Positions 49,788 through 59,645 of a stretch of DNA of 64,000 nt are shown here, piece after piece. The first letter of the stretch is position 1, and each line of letters starts with the position of its first letter. Origin of the DNA: a bacterium (GTDB lineage Bacteria; Bacteroidota; Ignavibacteria; UBA10030). The notes beneath the pieces are model-generated. The model ran no database searches. It was not told the DNA's origin and saw nothing but the letters and a program-made list of their open reading frames with translations. The stretch covers positions 1 to 64,000 of the forward strand of contig JAZDJN010000016.1 of assembly GCA_043803945.1 (NCBI GenBank), read 5' to 3'. Both the position numbers and the translations under genes were made by a program.

Positions 49788-49847
49788 GGCGGTTATCGTA
49801 ATAGTTATGATTTGAAATTATTTATTCAATCTTCTATGGCCTCGTTG

Positions 49848-51311
49848 TTACTTCAGTGCATCTAATTTCTTCTTTAGCAGCTCATTCACAATTTTTGGAT
49901 TCGCTTTGCCTTTGGTTGCTTTCATCGTTTCGCCAACAAAGAATCCAAATACCTGACTCTTGCCATGCAGGTATGCCTGAACCTGAGCTTCATTCCGCTC
50001 CAGAACATCGGTGATGATCCGTTCAATCTCTCCATGGTTGCTGACCTGTACGAGGCCTTTTCGTTCAACGATTTGTGATGGTGCCTCCCCCGACTTCAGC
50101 ATTTCATCAAAGACCTCTTTCGCAATCTTGCTGCTAATCGTACCACCGGCAATCAAATTGATCATGGCTGACATATGCTGAGGCGGAACGGGAAAATCCG
50201 CAATACTTTTATACTTTTCATTGACCACCCGCAGAACATCACCCATCATCCAGTTGCTGGTCAGTTTGTAGCTTTCACTCACTTTTTCCTTTAACGATCC
50301 GATAACCGACTCATAAAAATCAGCAAACCTGCGATCCTGAGTCAGGATTGACGCGTCATAGGATGGGAGATTAAACTCCCTGATAAAGCGATTCCTGCGG
50401 ATTGTGGGATCTTCGGGAAGGGCTGAGCGGATCCGATCTCTCCAATTCTCGTCGACCCGAATGGGAATGAGATCCGGATCGGGGAAGTAGCGATAATCGT
50501 GCGCTTCCTCTTTTGAACGCATCGCCGTGGCGATACCCTGGTCGGCGTTCCAAAGTAATGTTTCCTGTACGACTTGTTCTTGATGTTCAAGCAGGCCAAT
50601 TTGCCGATTGATTTCAAACTCCAGCGCCTTTTCAACGAAGCGGAATGAATTCAGATTTTTTAACTCCGTCTTTGTGCCAAAGCTGCTCTCGCCTTTCCGC
50701 CTCACTGAGATGTTTGCATCACAACGCAAACTCCCCTCCTCCATGTTGCCATCGCAGATATCGAGATAGGTGACCAGTTGTTTGATCTTGGTAAGATAAA
50801 GATAGGCTTCTCTTGGAGAACGGAGATCCGGCTCGCTGACAATTTCGATAAGTGGAACTCCGCAACGGTTCACGTCAACCAGGGTATCGGCATCAAGATC
50901 GTGAATGGATTTACCTGCATCCTCCTCGATATGAATACGTGTAATACCAATGCGCTTACTCGAACTGTCTTCAAGCTCAATTTCGATGAAGCCATTGGAA
51001 CAGATTGGTTCTTCATACTGTGAGATCTGGTAACCTTTGGGGAGATCAGGATAGAAATAATTCTTACGGGCAAATATTGATTCTGGAACAATGGTGCAAT
51101 TTGTCGCGAGACCCATCTTCATGGCAAATTCCACCACTGAGAGATTAAGTACCGGTAACACTCCCGGCATACCGAGACAAACGGGGCAGACATTGGAATT
51201 CGGTTCATTGCCGAATGTCGTCGAACAACCGCAAAACGCTTTTGACTGTGTTAAGAGCTGTGCATGGACTTCCAATCCAATGACCGGTTCATATCGCTCG
51301 TCCCTACCCAT
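49848..51311 (-). CDS. gatB: Asp/Glu-tRNA amidotransferase subunit B
   Basis: IGLEVHAQL, RKNYFYPDLPKGYQISQ, EEDAGK, LRCDAN, DYRYFPDPD, KGKANP. Confidence 0.97.
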   Translation of the reverse strand: MGRDERYEPVIGLEVHAQLLTQSKAFCGCSTTFGNEPNSNVCPVCLGMPGVLPVLNLSVVEFAMKMGLATNCTIVPESIFARKNYFYPDLPKGYQISQYEEPICSNGFIEIELEDSSSKRIGITRIHIEEDAGKSIHDLDADTLVDVNRCGVPLIEIVSEPDLRSPREAYLYLTKIKQLVTYLDICDGNMEEGSLRCDANISVRRKGESSFGTKTELKNLNSFRFVEKALEFEINRQIGLLEHQEQVVQETLLWNADQGIATAMRSKEEAHDYRYFPDPDLIPIRVDENWRDRIRSALPEDPTIRRNRFIREFNLPSYDASILTQDRRFADFYESVIGSLKEKVSESYKLTSNWMMGDVLRVVNEKYKSIADFPVPPQHMSAMINLIAGGTISSKIAKEVFDEMLKSGEAPSQIVERKGLVQVSNHGEIERIITDVLERNEAQVQAYLHGKSQVFGFFVGETMKATKGKANPKIVNELLKKKLDALK

Positions 51312-51349
51312 CGTTCAATTCACCCTTGATCAGTAATGCGATTGCCGGA

Positions 51350-52512
51350 TTATGCGGCAATGGCCTTGGTTACTTTCTCAGCGGCCTCTTTCAAACTTGT
51401 CGCAACCAGAAATCTGAGTCCAGAGTTTTTCAGTATCTCACCGGCGAGTTCTGCGTTCGTGCCGGCAAGCCTGACGACAATCGGCACCTGGACCTGGACA
51501 TTCTTCGCAGCCTCAACGACACCGGTAGCCACCCGATCGCACCGAACGATCCCGCCAAAAATATTGATGAGCCCGCTTTCACATTTGGATCTTTGAGAAT
51601 GATCCGGAAGCCGGCTTCGACGGTCTGCGCATTTGCACCGCCGCCGACATCGAGAAAGTTTGCCGGCATACCGCCCGCAAGTTTAATGATGTCCATCGTG
51701 GCCATGGCCAGGCCGGCGCCATTCACCATGCAGCCGACATTGCCATCGAGTTTGATGTAATTGAGATTAGATTTGGACGCTTCGATTTCCAGAGGATCTT
51801 CCTCATCGAGATCGCGCATCTCAAGAACTTCCGGATGCCGATAGAGAGCATTATCATCGAAATTCATCTTGGCATCCAACGCGAGCACCTGCCCTTCCTG
51901 TGTTATCACAAGAGGATTGATCTCCGCCAGCGATGCATCCGATGCATCGTATGCTTTATAGAGAGCAAGCAGAAATTTCACTCCATTCTTGAATGCATCA
52001 CCGGTTAGGCCCAGTCCGAAGCATAATTTTCTTGCCTGGTATTGCTGCAAACCGATTCCCGGTTGGACATATTCTTTCAGGATTTTTTCCGGAGTTTCTG
52101 CTGCCACTTTTTCGACCTCAACACCGCCTTCAGTGGAAACCATGACGACGTTTTGCGAGCGGCTCCGGTCGAGTGTGATGCCAACGTACATCTCCCTGGC
52201 GATATTCATTCCCTGTTCGATGAGCAGGCGTTTCACGATCCGGCCTTCCGGACCTGTTTGATGTGTGATCAACCGCATACCGAGAATCTCGGAAGAGCGA
52301 TCGCGCACCTCATCGAGACTGCGGGCAAGTTTTATTCCTCCTCCTTTGCCGCGGCCGCCGGCATGAATCTGGGCTTTGACAACCCAAACCGGTCCGCCGA
52401 TTGCCTCCGCAGCCCGCACGGCATCATCGACATTAAAAGCTACTTTGCCTATTGGAACCGGAACATGATACTTCTTGAGAATTTCCTTGCCTTGATATTC
52501 ATGAATTTTCAT
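51350..52512 (-). pseudogene. sucC: Succinyl-CoA synthetase beta subunit with a 1-nt deletion frameshift near 51572
   Basis: [46 protein letters not shown]. Restoring one base in GCG-G_G-CTC gives [12 protein letters not shown]...VVRLAGTN, ending at 51350. Confidence 0.88.
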
Positions 52513-52532
52513 GTGATCTCCTGCCTAAATAA

Positions 52533-53045
52533 TCAATCGTTCTCTTGTTCATTGCCTTCTTCTTCAAGATTGGATTCGCTCCAGGATTCGAGCAATTCCA
52601 ATGCTGTAAAATAATCCGGGATCGGTACAAAAACTTTCGCCGGCTTGCTCAGATTGCTCCGCGAAATAATCGAATCTCCTCCCCCATCCCACACAAATCC
52701 GATCGAGTTAAAATTCTGAACCTGCACCTTGAATCCGTTGGAAATCAATAATTCTCTGGCTAAACCGGCATCGACAATATCCGTTGCCTCAAAGACCATC
52801 GCCCAATCTTCCACAACGGCAATATCATCGTGTGGTTTGCAGAATGTTCGTCCCATCGTCATTGATGAGCAAGATTTGCACACCGGTTGATGGCAGAGGA
52901 TACATACTCCAACTGCTTGCTGATCGGTATGAATTTCGCACATTGCAGATTGAGCAGAATTGAAGAGAAGTCCACAATGCGGACAAAAATCGCTGTCTTC
53001 TGTCACCTCTCCACTGCAATTGTGGCATGTGAATAGTTCGCTCAT
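52533..53045 (-). CDS. Zinc-ribbon + B-box-like + DUF2007-like protein
   Basis: CHNC...FCPHCG; CxxH...CxxC...CxxC...CxxH; W..V.......A......L.SNG.....KVFVP..DY..ALELL. Confidence 0.7.
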   Translation of the reverse strand: MSELFTCHNCSGEVTEDSDFCPHCGLLFNSAQSAMCEIHTDQQAVGVCILCHQPVCKSCSSMTMGRTFCKPHDDIAVVEDWAMVFEATDIVDAGLARELLISNGFKVQVQNFNSIGFVWDGGGDSIISRSNLSKPAKVFVPIPDYFTALELLESWSESNLEEEGNEQEND

Positions 53046-53192
53046 GCTTCATTCCTCACGAGAGAATTTTCCTCAATGGTATTGGGGATTATCAAAATCC
53101 GTGATAAGGTATGAACGATTTCGGTCGTATGCAATGTTAACGAATTTTGTGTGCATGTCAGTTACAGAGGAAGGGGTAGCGGGCATTCCCTA

Positions 53193-53402
53193 TCATCCAC
53201 CACTAATGAGGTGAATCACTTCTACCCTGTCTCCATCTTGAAAAAAAGCAGAGGCATACTGATTACGCTTGATTAGAATACCATTGATGCGCACAACAAG
53301 ATGTGGAAACGAATACCGTTTGAGAACAAGCAGTTCACTAACCGTCAATGAAGCCCGGGTGGTATCCAATAACTCTTCCCGATTATTCAGGTGAATCCTC
53401 AT
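53193..53402 (-). CDS. thiS: ThiS/MoaD-family sulfur carrier
   Basis: Beta-grasp size, DGDRVEVI, C-terminal SGG. Confidence 0.85.
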   Translation of the reverse strand: MRIHLNNREELLDTTRASLTVSELLVLKRYSFPHLVVRINGILIKRNQYASAFFQDGDRVEVIHLISGG

Positions 53403-53991
53403 CCTCAAGCTCTTTCCCAAGTAATAGTTCCATTGCTACATTGGCCATCATATTGGAGACGACGCCAACACGCGGCGCCAATGGCGGATGCATCTCGCTT
53501 GCCTCTGAAACACCATCACCCACAATATGAAGCCTTCCATGCTGCTCATTCCTGATACGATCATTTCTTCCCCAGCCCGCCATGCCGACTCCCGAGATGA
53601 GCGGGATCTCCGGAAGCTCGGTGAGGACGGTCTCAATAATCATTTCTTTCATCTCAGCAAGATCAAAGGCTTCCAGAATGACATCACATTCCTTAAACAA
53701 TTGTACGATGTCGTTTGGTTTCAATTTCACCGAGTGCGCTTCGACATGAATGGCAGGATTTATCCTTTGAATATTTTCTTTTAATGCTGATACTTTCTGC
53801 ATCCCGAGTTGATCGGAAAAATAAAATTGCCTGTTCAGGTTGCTCTCTTCAATGAGATCAAAATCAACGACGATCAGCTTGCCTACTCCCACCCGTGCAA
53901 GTGCCACAGCCGCATTGGAACCAAGTCCACCACAGCCCGCGATACCGACAGTCTTCACTTTTAATCGATCTTTAATCTCTGAAAATTGCAT
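53383..53991 (-). CDS. thiF: ThiF-family sulfur-carrier adenylyltransferase
   Basis: GIAGCGGLGS, VDFD.IE.SNLNRQ, K, EAFD, APRV. Confidence 0.88.
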   Translation of the reverse strand: MQFSEIKDRLKVKTVGIAGCGGLGSNAAVALARVGVGKLIVVDFDLIEESNLNRQFYFSDQLGMQKVSALKENIQRINPAIHVEAHSVKLKPNDIVQLFKECDVILEAFDLAEMKEMIIETVLTELPEIPLISGVGMAGWGRNDRIRNEQHGRLHIVGDGVSEASEMHPPLAPRVGVVSNMMANVAMELLLGKELEDEDSPE

Positions 53992-54073
53992 GCTGTTTAA
54001 TTGAATCTCCGCTCCAAAGCAAATAAAAATCACCCGGGTAACGGACCCAGGGATTCGACTCAATTCATGAATC

Positions 54074-56254
54074 TTATCTAAGCGTCAGTTCGCCTTTATC
54101 GTATTGTGTACGAAGGTTGACGATCTCCGGCAAATCCATACCGAGATGGTTCAATCTCTCCATGGTCGGAACACCGTTCTTATCCCAACCTCGGCGTGTA
54201 TAGACTGCATCGAGCAGTTGATCATACCGATTTTCACGGTACGTTCTCTGCGCTGCCATTTTCTCTTTCAACGTCATCACGGAGGGATCGAGGCCCACGA
54301 TCTCCCGAAGCTGCTTGTCATAGCGTTCTTCCCGAGAGAGATATTCCTCTTCCGTCACCGGACCTGCTGCGCGATAGGGCTGCGCATCCCATTTACGCGT
54401 ACCGAAACCGCGCCGCAAATTAAACAACCGTTGATATTGATAGACACGCTCTGAATCTTCGATCAACCGGACTTTATCGAACTCGCGACCCGTTACTGAT
54501 TTGTAGATTGTTACGTAGTTGTCGACATGCTCAGGTACCTTGGCCGGTTCCGGATTTTCAGCATTGTTCGCCGGTTCAACATCATTCCACGGCAGCTTGC
54601 AGAAGCCGCACAACCCGAACCATGTACGGAACATCGGAAAGTAGTATAACGCCTCTGCTTTATTTTCAAATGAGGGGATTTGATTATTCACCATGTCCAT
54701 GAATATTAACCATGCTTCGTCGTGCTGCGGACCTTTGTTCGTCATCGCATAGCCGCCCTGTTGAGCAAGGGATTCCTTGGACATGTATTGCGAGTATTCC
54801 AGTCCTTTGTTCTCCATGGCAATATCCTGAAGGAACTGCGGATCGCCCCATCCCTTCTCAATGAACAACTGTTTTAATTTTCGCACTCCAAGTCCGGCAG
54901 ATGTTCCGAAGCCTTCGCCCCGCGCAAGCTGGTGGAGTAGCTCCATTGCAGAATCAGCATTGCCAAAGTTCAACTTCAATCCTCCGGTACGTTCGAGATT
55001 GAGAACGCCGGATTCGAAGCACTCCATAAGGAAGGCCACTGTTGTTCCCCAGGTGATCGTACAGATACCATAGGTATCGCAGTAGAAATTTACTTCGATG
55101 GTGTAATCGGGATTGAAGATGCCGGCATTGGAGGCAATTCCCGCAGCAGTCTCATATTCCGGCCCATCAACAAAGACACATTGACCCTTGTACGGGCCTG
55201 AGCGAAGAAGGTAGTTGCTTACGCCTTTGGCGCAGCTCATATTACATCCAAGCCAGCATCCATCGAATGAGCCCTGGACGAATCGAGCTTTCCATGTTTC
55301 CGAGTCGATATTGCCCATCACATCTTTATTATTGCCGAATTTAAAATTATGGATCGGAAGGAGATCGTAATCATTCATAATCTCGACCAGGTGCGCCGTT
55401 CCTTTGGTGCGCATCTCACACTGCTCATCGTCGAGTTCCCGGATCTCTTTGTTGAATCGTTGGCCTCGTTCGATGATTGGTTTCATATCAACAACGTTGT
55501 TGATATCATTATCCACCTTCCCGACCAGAACCACAAGGGCTTTGATTTTTTTATCACGGAAAACCGTGCCGATACCGCCGCGGCCTGCCTGTTTCAGGCG
55601 AACCTGTTTCTTTCTTTTATCATAGAACGTGAAGTTCAGCATTCCCATCAATGAACGTTCAGCAGCGATGCCGCTGGAGACAATAGCGATTTTCATTTTG
55701 TCCTGTTCATTCGGGCAGTACATCTCTGTGAGCACCTCAGCCAGCTCGTGACTATTCAACGGTTCGGCAGGTGCTTCTTCAATTCGGATCGATCCGCCAT
55801 TCCGGTTATCAAGTATCACGATGACATCATTCTTTGCTTTTCCCTGCAGTTCAATGGCATCAAATCCGCATTGTTTTAAGAAGGGGCCAAACCAGCCGCC
55901 GACATTGCTGTCCATCGCTGAGTCGGTTTGGGGCGACAGTGTGACGACGAGCGATTTTCCGGTGCCTGAATATTGGGTGATGCCGCAGACCGGGCCGCCG
56001 GAGATGATGATTTCATTTTCCGGATCGTTCCATTTAGTTTCGGGTGTCGTTGCATCCCAGAGGTACTTCAATCCATACCCTTTTCCGCCTATGAATTTTT
56101 CTTTCATCTCCAACGGAACATCTTTGATGGTTATCGAGTTGTCGCTCAAGTTGATATGCACTGTTTTATCAGAGTATCCCCGAACCATAGGGGCTACCTC
56201 GTACTTAAATTCCTTAACTAATGTATGAGCTTTTAGATAATCTTGGACATTCAT
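54074..56254 (-). CDS. Tungsten-containing aldehyde:ferredoxin oxidoreductase (AOR/WOR family)
   Basis: FIGGKG, SPQT....DSNVGG, GFDA, AGRGGIG....KKIKA, CxxxCxxxC, GPEYET, CD.YG, KGLE, CGFC, RGWD.NGVPT. Confidence 0.9.
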   Translation of the reverse strand: MNVQDYLKAHTLVKEFKYEVAPMVRGYSDKTVHINLSDNSITIKDVPLEMKEKFIGGKGYGLKYLWDATTPETKWNDPENEIIISGGPVCGITQYSGTGKSLVVTLSPQTDSAMDSNVGGWFGPFLKQCGFDAIELQGKAKNDVIVILDNRNGGSIRIEEAPAEPLNSHELAEVLTEMYCPNEQDKMKIAIVSSGIAAERSLMGMLNFTFYDKRKKQVRLKQAGRGGIGTVFRDKKIKALVVLVGKVDNDINNVVDMKPIIERGQRFNKEIRELDDEQCEMRTKGTAHLVEIMNDYDLLPIHNFKFGNNKDVMGNIDSETWKARFVQGSFDGCWLGCNMSCAKGVSNYLLRSGPYKGQCVFVDGPEYETAAGIASNAGIFNPDYTIEVNFYCDTYGICTITWGTTVAFLMECFESGVLNLERTGGLKLNFGNADSAMELLHQLARGEGFGTSAGLGVRKLKQLFIEKGWGDPQFLQDIAMENKGLEYSQYMSKESLAQQGGYAMTNKGPQHDEAWLIFMDMVNNQIPSFENKAEALYYFPMFRTWFGLCGFCKLPWNDVEPANNAENPEPAKVPEHVDNYVTIYKSVTGREFDKVRLIEDSERVYQYQRLFNLRRGFGTRKWDAQPYRAAGPVTEEEYLSREERYDKQLREIVGLDPSVMTLKEKMAAQRTYRENRYDQLLDAVYTRRGWDKNGVPTMERLNHLGMDLPEIVNLRTQYDKGELTLR

Positions 56255-56359
56255 TCGAATTCTCCTGATCAATTGATAATATCCGGTAATCACTGCATCT
56301 GTACCTGTGTAGAATATATAAATGATTCGCTCAAAACGGTAGAATTCCTCCGGGCAAAG

Positions 56360-56402
56360 TTGATAAAAAAAACTTTAATTGTTACACTGAGTGTAACAAT
56401 TA
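56360..56402. promoter_or_regulatory. Divergent promoter region with a perfect 27-bp palindromic operator (56376-56402)
   Basis: TAATTGTTACACT-G-AGTGTAACAATTA. On the plus strand TTGATA(56360)-17 nt-TACACT(56383) with an extended TG. The symmetry gives a TGnTACACT on the minus strand too. Confidence 0.75.
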
Positions 56403-56427
56403 CATCGATCACACTTGACACAATTGA

Positions 56428-56856
56428 ATGTCTGCCTCGAATAAACTTTCTACTGCAGTGAAAGCACTCTGTTATCTCGCTAAGGTATATCCTGAATCGA
56501 AGTCAAGTGCCGAAATTGCTGAAGCCATCGGTGTGAATGCCTCTAAGCTCCGACAGATCTTATCGCAGCTTATGCAGAGCGAAATTGTTTACAGTACCAA
56601 AGGGCCAACTGGAGGATTCTTGATCGCCGAAGATTTTACCTCTCTAAGTTTGTTTGAGATCTATGCGGCTCTGGATGATCGAAAAATTGTCGAATTCGAC
56701 GTTGCCGATGCCAGCGGTGCAAAGGATAACTCGGTAAAAGCGTACAATGATTATTTCAACAACTTGTTTGGCGACATTCAACATCAGATCGAAGAACGAA
56801 TGCGCTCCATAAAAATTGAACAGATTGCAAACTCCCATGAATCACATAAGAAATAG
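56428..56856 (+). CDS. Rrf2-family transcriptional regulator lacking the Fe-S Cys triad
   Basis: A...L.YLA, S.EIAE.IG, L.QIL..L, V.S.KGPTGGF, SL.EIY.A. Only one Cys (position 14). Confidence 0.9.
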   Translation: MSASNKLSTAVKALCYLAKVYPESKSSAEIAEAIGVNASKLRQILSQLMQSEIVYSTKGPTGGFLIAEDFTSLSLFEIYAALDDRKIVEFDVADASGAKDNSVKAYNDYFNNLFGDIQHQIEERMRSIKIEQIANSHESHKK

Positions 56857-57793
56857 CTCGCTGTTCTCCTCCGTCTCGCTGGCCGTTTGTCTGTTGTCCA
56901 GCACACTTCTGAGCCAGGAGTTAATCGTCTTCCATGCCGGAAGTCTCACACTGCCTTTCGAAAAAATATTGAACGGATTCGTACTAGAGAATCCCGGGGT
57001 AAAGATTCAAAAAGAGATTGCCGGCAGCAGGGAATGTGCCAGAAAAATCTCTGAACTCAATAAGCCATGCGATATTTTTGCATCAGCAGATTACCTGGTC
57101 ATCGATCAGCTCCTCATTCCAAGGCACGCGGCCTGGAATTTGAAGTTCGCTACGAACGAAATGACAATCGTGTACTCAGAACGATCACGGCGTGCCAAAG
57201 AAATCAATCAGAACAATTGGTTTGATATTCTGAATGACCCACACATCGCAGTAGGTAGAGCCGATCCGAATTCGGATCCATGCGGGTACCGTACAGTCCT
57301 CACCTTGAGACTTGCCGAACAATTGTACGCACGGCCGGGTTTGGCCTTGACATTACTGATGAAGAATCAAAAAAATATCAGGCCCAAAGAGGTCGATCTG
57401 CTCGCTTTGCTCGAAGCAGGCGAGATCGATTATATCTTCCTCTATCGCTCAGTTGCGGAGCAGCACAAGCTCAGGTATCTGCTCTTGCCCGATAGCATCA
57501 ACCTGAAAAAGGCTGATCTTGAAGAGCACTACAAACAAGTCTCAGTCCAACTGAATGGAAAATCACCAGGTGAAACAATCATGCAGGCAGGAGGATCGAT
57601 GGTGTATGGAGTGACCATACCCAATAATTCACCCAATCCGGTTCTGGCAAAGAAATTTATTCAGTACTTGATGGACAGCAAGAGAGGTTTGAACGTGCTG
57701 GAAGCGATGGGTCAGCCCACTATTGTTCCATCGATTTGTGAGACCTATGACAATCTTCCAGACGAGTTAAAACAGTATGCGAGAAAGAAGTAA
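56837..57793 (+). CDS. wtpA: Tungstate/molybdate ABC transporter substrate-binding protein (WtpA type)
   Basis: Signal peptide, FHAGSL, GS...ARKI, SADY, PNSDPCGYR, RPKEVDL, DY.F.YRSVA, YGVTIP. Confidence 0.9.
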   Translation: MNHIRNSSLFSSVSLAVCLLSSTLLSQELIVFHAGSLTLPFEKILNGFVLENPGVKIQKEIAGSRECARKISELNKPCDIFASADYLVIDQLLIPRHAAWNLKFATNEMTIVYSERSRRAKEINQNNWFDILNDPHIAVGRADPNSDPCGYRTVLTLRLAEQLYARPGLALTLLMKNQKNIRPKEVDLLALLEAGEIDYIFLYRSVAEQHKLRYLLLPDSINLKKADLEEHYKQVSVQLNGKSPGETIMQAGGSMVYGVTIPNNSPNPVLAKKFIQYLMDSKRGLNVLEAMGQPTIVPSICETYDNLPDELKQYARKK

Positions 57794-57805
57794 TCCAGGA
57801 ACAGC

Positions 57806-58591
57806 ATGATCTCGGCGCTCAAACAATATTCTCCACTGAATCTGATCTTCACCTTTCTGGGAGGTGTCTTGCTCTTATTCATCATCGCCCCCATCGCTGG
57901 TATGTATTTTCACATTTCGATTGGCTCTGTCGCTGAGGCACTCGGGAACGACGAAGTTCGAGAGAGCATTTGGCTCAGCCTCTGGATCTCCATGGCTGGC
58001 ACCCTTCTGTTTTCGCTCCTTGCCATTCCGCTTGCGTATACTCTCGCACGAAAAACATTTCCCTTCAAAGGTGTCGTCAACGCGATTATTGATATTCCGA
58101 TCATCATTCCTCATTCGGCGGCAGGCATTGCAATCCTGGGTATCATCACCAGAGAAAGTATGCTGGGCAGCCTCGGTGAGAGTGTCGGGTTGACATTCGT
58201 CGGGAGCCCTGCGGGAATCATGCTTGCAATGGCATTTGTGAGCATTCCATTTCTTATTAATGCTGCACGGGATGGGTTTGCCGCTGTTCCGGAACGTCTC
58301 GAAAAAATCGCTTTGACACTTGGAGCATCTCCAATGAAAGTCTTTGTGACAGTCTCCCTCCCTCTCGCATGGCGATCGATTCTTTCCGGTTTGATACTTA
58401 TGTGGGCACGCGGGATGAGCGAGTTTGGAGCTGTGGTGATCGTCGCCTACAATCCAAAAACTGCACCGGTGATGATCTTCGAACGGTTCACATCGTACGG
58501 CCTGAAGTATTCGGTTCCCGCTGCAGCGCTGTTTGTAACCGTCTGTCTAGTACTCTTCGTACTCCTTCGACTGGTCAAGAGAAAGTCCTGA
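57806..58591 (+). CDS. wtpB: Tungstate ABC transporter permease
   Basis: IDIPIIIPHSAAG, EAA-like LEKIALTLGAS, WARGMSEFGAV. Confidence 0.9.
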   Translation: MISALKQYSPLNLIFTFLGGVLLLFIIAPIAGMYFHISIGSVAEALGNDEVRESIWLSLWISMAGTLLFSLLAIPLAYTLARKTFPFKGVVNAIIDIPIIIPHSAAGIAILGIITRESMLGSLGESVGLTFVGSPAGIMLAMAFVSIPFLINAARDGFAAVPERLEKIALTLGASPMKVFVTVSLPLAWRSILSGLILMWARGMSEFGAVVIVAYNPKTAPVMIFERFTSYGLKYSVPAAALFVTVCLVLFVLLRLVKRKS

Positions 58592-58592
58592 T

Positions 58593-59639
58593 ATGATTGC
58601 CGTTGAACACCTCTCCATACGTGTCGGGAATTTTGAGCTGAAGGACATGTCCTTCAGCGTCCAGAAGGGCGAGTACTTTGTCATTCTCGGACTTTCGGGA
58701 GTCGGCAAGACACTCTTGCTCGAAACCATCGCCGGTTTGGTGAAACCGCTCAGCGGGACGATAAACCTTCGCGGGAGCGATGTTACTTCCGGGCGAATTC
58801 AATCCAGGAACATCAGCATCGTATATCAGGACGCCGATCTCTTTCCGCATCTTTCAGTCTATGACAATATCGCCTATCCGTTACGATGCCGGAAGAGAAC
58901 ACCGGTCGAACCAAGAGTACTCGATGCTGCCAGGCGAACAGGGATTGCCGATAAGATGGAGCGATTCCCGGAATCATTGTCCGGCGGAGAATATCAACGA
59001 GCTGCACTTGCCAGGAGCCTCGCCGCAGATTCCGACATTTTCCTGCTGGATGAACCGCTCTCTTCACTCGATGCACCGTCAAAAATTGAGCTGCGGTCAT
59101 TGCTGAGAAAGCTCAACCGGCAGGGAATCACAATCATCCACGTCACTCATGATTATGAGGAGGCAGTTTCGCTGGCAACGAAAATCGGGATCATGGAAAA
59201 TGGCAGACTGACACACGTTGCATCGCCCGAGGAGATCTTTAAACACCCGAAGTCGGAATTCATCGCACGTTTTGTTGGCATAAAAAATTATCTCCGGGGA
59301 TTTGTGAAATCAATTCAAGGAAGCGATCTGAAGCAATTCTCATCCAATGGCATCTCCCTCTTCTGCCTGACAGAGATCTCTGACGGCGAGGCCTTCCTCA
59401 CAATCCGTCCCGATGAGATATCCATTGCCAACCGGAAAGAGAGAAGCAGCAGCCGTAATCATTTCAAAGGGACGATCACCGATATCGCTCAGGCGGCACT
59501 TGGTCTCGAATTGACCATCGATATCGGTATAGAGTTAGTCATCATGATCTCTTCAGATGCCAGAAGAGCATTACATCTCGAAATTGGCAAGGCAGTATGG
59601 ATCAGTTTCAAAGCTTCATCGTGCAAGGTTTATAACTAA
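58593..59639 (+). CDS. wtpC: Tungstate ABC transporter ATPase with C-terminal TOBE domain
   Basis: GLSGVGKT, LSGGE, LLDEP, HVTHD; SSRN...G.I...FKAS TOBE. Confidence 0.9.
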   Translation: MIAVEHLSIRVGNFELKDMSFSVQKGEYFVILGLSGVGKTLLLETIAGLVKPLSGTINLRGSDVTSGRIQSRNISIVYQDADLFPHLSVYDNIAYPLRCRKRTPVEPRVLDAARRTGIADKMERFPESLSGGEYQRAALARSLAADSDIFLLDEPLSSLDAPSKIELRSLLRKLNRQGITIIHVTHDYEEAVSLATKIGIMENGRLTHVASPEEIFKHPKSEFIARFVGIKNYLRGFVKSIQGSDLKQFSSNGISLFCLTEISDGEAFLTIRPDEISIANRKERSSSRNHFKGTITDIAQAALGLELTIDIGIELVIMISSDARRALHLEIGKAVWISFKASSCKVYN

Positions 59640-59645
59640 GGAGCA

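Noticed and set aside
56255-56427. Moco/Wco riboswitch ahead of the tungsten genes
   Set aside because: The region is short and AT-rich with no multi-stem GC structure. The DNA palindrome explains it better.
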